In this document: piece after piece, positions 56,987 through 64,000 of the stretch
Layout: every line of letters begins with the position of its first letter
Numbering within the stretch: position 1 is the stretch's first letter
Source: Eledone cirrhosa
Taxonomy: Eukaryota
Assembly: GCA_964016885.1 (NCBI GenBank)
Contig: OZ024741.1
Coordinates: forward strand, 366,234,001 to 366,298,000
Reading direction: 5' to 3'
DNA: 64,000 nucleotides
Notes under the pieces: generated by a model
Seen by the model: the letters and a program-made list of their open reading frames with translations, nothing else
What the model was told of the DNA's origin: nothing
The model's database searches: none
Made by a program: the position numbers and the translations under genes

Positions 56987-57690
56987 ATATACCCCAGCAT
57001 GGCCTCACCCGGATGGCTGGAACAGGTAAAAGAGTATATATATATATGTATATATATATACTGCTTGCTAAGTGGAAATACTCAACAAATTGAACTGATT
57101 TTCAGCCACCTTAATTTGATTTATATGCTTTTCTTTAACTTTCTCTTTCCACACTTATATAGTACAGTACGCTTTCTATGCTACTCTAACCCACACCTTA
57201 ATAGATAACTTATGCTATTACATTCAAATCTCACATTTTAAATTTACAACTTTGAATTATTTCCCTTTGCTATAAAACGTTTTTCGTAAACACGCGTTTT
57301 TAGCTTGCTTTACTTTTAACGGTATCTTATAAACTTGTATAAGCACCTAAACTGAGGTAACAAAATTAATGCTTTTTTTTCTAGAGGTGTGGTCAAATTT
57401 TGGACTTAAAACCCTGGGGAGCGCATATGTTCCTTGTATGAATATAAAGAAACAATATATATATAAATGTATGTGTGCGTGTCTTTGTGTGTGTGTGTGT
57501 TTGTGTATGTGTGTGTGTGTGTGTGTGTGCGTGTAGTGTCAAAAATCTCCCGCATTGATATGTCTTTAGAATATAATATCAAAATAGGTATAGCGCACAG
57601 TACAAAGGCAATGAAAAAGAAACGAGAAGACAGAGAGTCCCATCTTTCCGGTGTTTTTCCCGCGTCTTTGTTCTGGGTGCTCCCTATTTT

Positions 57691-57734
<44 letters not shown>

Positions 57735-57786
57735 CTAGTCTATCAAAGCAAAGTTCTTTCATCACACACCTGTGGCATTATCAATA

Positions 57787-57893
57787 GTACTATTATGTTT
57801 CGTCCCGTTGTGTTGTAATGTCTACGCCAGTTTGATTGTTTTATTTGGTTTGGCGTAGACATTACAATACAACGGGACGAAACATAATAGTAC
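57787..57893. repeat. Hairpin with 43-bp arms next to (TA)n
   Basis: GTACTATTATGTTTCGTCCCGTTG..TACGCCA / TGGCGTA..CAACGGGACGAAACATAATAGTAC. Confidence 0.85.
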
Positions 57894-58072
<179 letters not shown>

Positions 58073-58164
58073 TCCAAATAGCAACCAGCGTCAGAAAAGT
58101 AACGTAGGAACACCAACGACATTTCAAATGTTTAGTAGTCACAATGCTCTGAAATTAGTTGTAA

Positions 58165-59115
58165 CTAGCAGAATGGCCCGGCGTTGCTCGGGATTCTAAA
58201 CATATATTGGCTTGTTTATAACTCCTTTCTGAAACAGTACAGAGAAGTACGGAATGCCTTGACCTTGCGACCGTCGAATAGCAGATTCCACTGACGATTC
58301 GTTTGCCCGCCTTGTTCTTTTTCTTGCCGCTTTCGCAGTATTTCGGCCAATGGAGTATCTCTTCCTTCGAGGCATGACCTAAAAGCAGGACGAAGTACAC
58401 TAAGACTAACTGGTAGAGTAAGCAGTAAACGCGTCAGTGATGCATGTTATTTCCTAACCGTTGACTATGTAATTACTGGCCTTGTGCCAAAGGTGGTGGG
58501 ACTTTTTGGGTGGCTATCGGCAGTAACAATGACGATAAGCTGTCTGTACTTTCGTGAAATAAATACGTTTTTTTATATTTTGTTTTTGTGTATGCAAAAA
58601 TATCTGTACACGAATTTATAATTATATATATTAAAATAACAGATTAAATTCTAAGCAAAGAATCGCTGTTTTCACCCTTAACGGGATCTTTTGAAACTAA
58701 AAAAATCAATCTGTGAACGCAGAAGTAAATATTTCGAAAAACATTGCAACCGAAGGAAGACAGGAAGACGATACTTTGGTTCGTGAAGACCTTCCCTGGC
58801 AATGAACAGAAAATATCGAAGATGAGAACAATATTTGTCATAATGTCGTAATGCAGACATACAGACAGATATTATAAGGGCGCGACGTTATAGCTATCTA
58901 TCTATCTAAAAAGACAGACTAAGAAAGATAGAGAGATCGCTAACCGGCGCCTAATGCGATCCCAAGGGCATTGAAAATTTCAAATTGTTATGCTCAAAAC
59001 ACTCACACGACCATAAGTATTCCATGTGTAAAGTTTGAAAATTGGTTGGGTGGTTCTCGAGTTTTAGGGAGTCAGACAGACAACAGACAGACATTCTCTG
59101 TTTTAGATATATAGA
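58165..59115 (-). mobile_element. Non-autonomous Helitron with the same ends as the 50030 copy but a different interior
   Basis: A|TC...CTAG|T on the minus strand, same hairpin, contains a family C fragment. Confidence 0.82.
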
Positions 59116-59667
59116 TGAAAACAGCCTATATTGGACTGCAAGGAACTTTAAAATGGAACTACTTATATCGCAGTGCCTCAAGCAGCATAGTCAAATTGGC
59201 AAGTTCATTTTGCAATCATTAGTTTACGGGTTCGATATCTCTGTGTTACGTTTGGAGCATGTGCCATTATTATAACCTCGGGTCTACCATTAAGGGAAAT
59301 TGGGTACAGGGAATTTTTTTGAAAACTGGTTGGATGAATTGTGCCTGTTATTTTACATGTCAGCCAGGTTATACACTGGTATGCTGTCTCCTTGAAAACT
59401 GCTGGAATTTCGCGTGACTGAGAAATGCTCAGTCACTTACATGTAATGTCGTGAGCAGGATGTTCCGTTGATCGAACAACTGGAACACACATCATCGTAA
59501 CCGATGGAGGCCCATTTCACAACAGAGTATCCACCCCTTCTCCTAGAATGATACTATGATGCAATACTTGAGTCTATCACCGCAAACGCAGAATTGTACA
59601 CAACTAGTTATACATTCCGCGTGCAAATATATCTAGCTAGCTAGCTAGCTCTCGTTCTCTTTCTCAC

Positions 59668-59746
<79 letters not shown>

Positions 59747-59850
59747 TCTCTCTCTACCTCTCTCTCTCTCTCGCTCGCTCGCTCTCTCAGACATACATAC
59801 CTTCCTTCTCAGTATATATTTGTGTGTGTGTGTGAGAGAGAGAGAGAAAA

Positions 59851-60365
<515 letters not shown>

Positions 60366-60379
60366 ATACATATATATAT

Positions 60380-60474
<95 letters not shown>

Positions 60475-60519
60475 TATAAATATACATATATACATATACA
60501 TATACATATATATATACAT

Positions 60520-60560
<41 letters not shown>

Positions 60561-60578
60561 TACATATATATATATATG

Positions 60579-60614
<36 letters not shown>

Positions 60615-60960
60615 ATGAGAGAGTGGGGTACACATATATAAAGTTTCTTCATATGTAAACACACACTCTTACACACGTGTACGTGTGCGCTTATATAAAT
60701 ATATACTCATGGAAAATACACATATATATTACATCTAGGAATATTCCGTGTGTGTATATGTGAGTGTGTGTGTCTGTGTGTGTGTCTGTGTGTGTGTCTG
60801 TGTGTGTCTGTGTGTGTCTGTGTGTGTCTGTGTGTGTCTGTCTGTGTGTTTGTGTGAGTGTGTGTGTGTGTGTCTGTATGTGAGTGTGTGTGTGTCTGTG
60901 TGTGTGTGTCTGTGTGTGTGTGTGTGTGTGTCTGTGTGTGTGTGTGTGTGTATGTGTGTA

Positions 60961-61025
<65 letters not shown>

Positions 61026-61090
61026 ATGTTTCTGCTTCATATTTTTATTTATCCTCTTTGGATTTTAGTCTTCAATTTTATTATTATTAC

Positions 61091-61174
<84 letters not shown>

Positions 61175-61554
61175 TGTGTGTGTGTGTTTATGTTTCTGCT
61201 TCATATGTTTATTTATATTGTGAGGAGACGCTTGAGGAGGAAGTCCATGCTATTCAATCACAATCAATCGTGCGTAAACAGTGGTTTATGTAGACGCAGT
61301 GAGGATGTAATATTTTGTGTTGCATCTTTGATCTGTGATGCATGTCGTATTGGAACAATGATTGATTTGGTTCAACATTTGCATTTTTGGCAAATCGATC
61401 GTTGCATCATGTATTTCCGCAATGTTTTCATTATTTTCGTATGCGTGTATTCTTGCAACCATAAGTGCATAGCTCGATATCTGCATATGTGCATAAATAT
61501 GCCTATACATACATACACACGTACACATATATATAAATATATATGTGTGTGTGC

Positions 61555-61625
<71 letters not shown>

Positions 61626-61728
61626 CATATATATGTATACATATATGTACAAATATATATAAATATATATATATATATATGTATATATATATGTACATAT
61701 ATATATGTGTATATATATATATATGTAC

Positions 61729-61794
<66 letters not shown>

Positions 61795-61853
61795 ATATGT
61801 ACATATATATATCTACATATATATATGTACATATATATATATATATGTACATA

Positions 61854-61884
<31 letters not shown>

Positions 61885-61971
61885 GTACATATATATATGT
61901 ACATATATATATATATGTACATATATATGTATATATATATATATATATATATGTACATATATATATATATA

Positions 61972-62019
<48 letters not shown>

Positions 62020-62045
62020 TATATATATATATGTACATATATATG

Positions 62046-62195
<150 letters not shown>

Positions 62196-62648
62196 CACAT
62201 ACATATATATATATATACATATATATACTAGACCTGAAAAATGCGCAAGCTCTAAAGAGCCACAGAATGTTATAATAAAAATTCAAAAGTGTGGGACTAG
62301 AGTTGTTGCTCAAAAATATTGTAAAATCAAAAATATCTATCGTACACTCTGTATAAAAAAGAGACTCATAACGAACTCAAAACGACACGATCATTATTTA
62401 AGCTAATGTTCAATATCTCATATTAGATGTTTAGTAATGATTAATACGAAATACACTTAAACCGAATTCTATATTATAAATTCACTTAAATAATTACCTT
62501 TTTTTTTTTCTCAAGGAGTTAAGCGACCTTTTAACATTATTATTGTAAGCTGACCACCCTAAACACTAAAACACCAGTCTTCACTTCAGGAACTCATATA
62601 TTCAAACACACATACCCACATGCACATCGATATATATATGTGTGTGTG

Positions 62649-63065
<417 letters not shown>

Positions 63066-63347
63066 TTTGGTAGTGAAACTGTTAAGGACAGTTATAAAGA
63101 AAGACGAAGAAAAACGAAGAGAAAAAACGAAGAGAAAAAAGAAAAAAAGAAGGAAAGTGTATAGTGCTAAGGACGAAGAGAAGAAGAAAGAGAGTGTATA
63201 GTGCTAAGGACAGTTAGAGAAGAAGATGAAGAGATGTATGTAAAGAAAAACAACAGAGCGAGATAGAGAGAGAAGGAGATATTACTATGGGAAGAAGATG
63301 AAGAGATGTATGTAAAGAAAAACAACAGAGCGAGATAGAGAGAGAAG

Positions 63348-64000
63348 TTCGACATTACTATGGGATCATCAGACTCAGCTCAGGTAACGGACCTTGTGGG
63401 CCTATTTATAATTAATTCGCAGCATAGGAAAATACCCGGTGTTACCGGAGGATTATATAGAGATGACATGCTTTTACTTATTGAAAATAATAACTCTGAA
63501 CTAAATAGAAAAAGAAAACAAATTATACAATTTTTTAATTACCTTAATCTAAAAATAGAAATTGAGAATAACCATAGAATAGTCAATTTCCTAGACGTAA
63601 CATTAAATCTCAACACATGTCTTCACTATCCATTTCACAAGTTAAATGAAAACTTGAATTATGTCAATTTTAGCTCCAATCACCCCAGATCTGTCAAAAA
63701 TACTATAGTGAACTCTGTTCAAAAACGTATCTCTAGAATCTCATCCAATAAAACTATTTTTGACGAAAAAGCCCAGTATTATAATGAAGCGTTAGCTAGA
63801 GCAGGATATAGTGATAAAATTATGTACATCGATAATAGACAAACTAACCAAAATAACAACAATTTTAATTACGGTAACAACTTTAACAACTATAATAGAA
63901 AGCATTACAATAATTCCAAAAACCAGAAAAGAAATAGAACTAGAAATATAATATGGTTTGCCCCCCCTTTCTCACTAAACATTAAAACCCACATCGCTAA
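63348..64000 (+). CDS. Penelope-like reverse transcriptase, 5'-truncated, open to the window end (absent from the ORF track because there is no stop)
   Basis: FDITMGSSDSAQVTDLVGL..GLYRDD..VNFLDVTLNL..YVNFSSNHP..RISRISSN..YNEALARAGY..RTRNIIWFAPPFS. Confidence 0.92.

Overview
AT-rich, microsatellite-saturated eukaryotic DNA with no host exon that I can support. The SINE types, LINE spectrum and (TA)n/(CA)n/(CATA)n density suggest an octopus or related coleoid intron or intergenic region (inference). Most ORF-track entries are microsatellite translation artefacts. The real coding remnants are all retroelements: a Penelope-like (PLE) GIY-YIG endonuclease (1763-2455), a PLE reverse transcriptase running off the window end (63348-64000), Dong/R4-type RLE LINEs in (CATA)n and (TAA)n, RTE LINEs (one with three C2H2 fingers) and an L1/Tx1 3' end. 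There are also many tRNA-derived SINEs, non-autonomous Helitrons and MITEs. The main hidden signal is RNA structure. Many of the short islands between (TA)n tracts carry a type I hammerhead ribozyme (HHR: stem I-CUGANGA-stem II-GAAA-palindromic stem III-UH-stem I), with about ten sequence-unrelated families in 64 kb. These include a perfect head-to-tail 310-nt array with one HHR per unit (retrozyme/circRNA-like, 44181-45007), several families whose stem II is expanded into a 78-102 nt branched domain with apparent covariation, core variants (CCGA, CAGA, U10.1-U11.1), and fold-back insertions. All structures were read by eye; none was folded computationally or tested.
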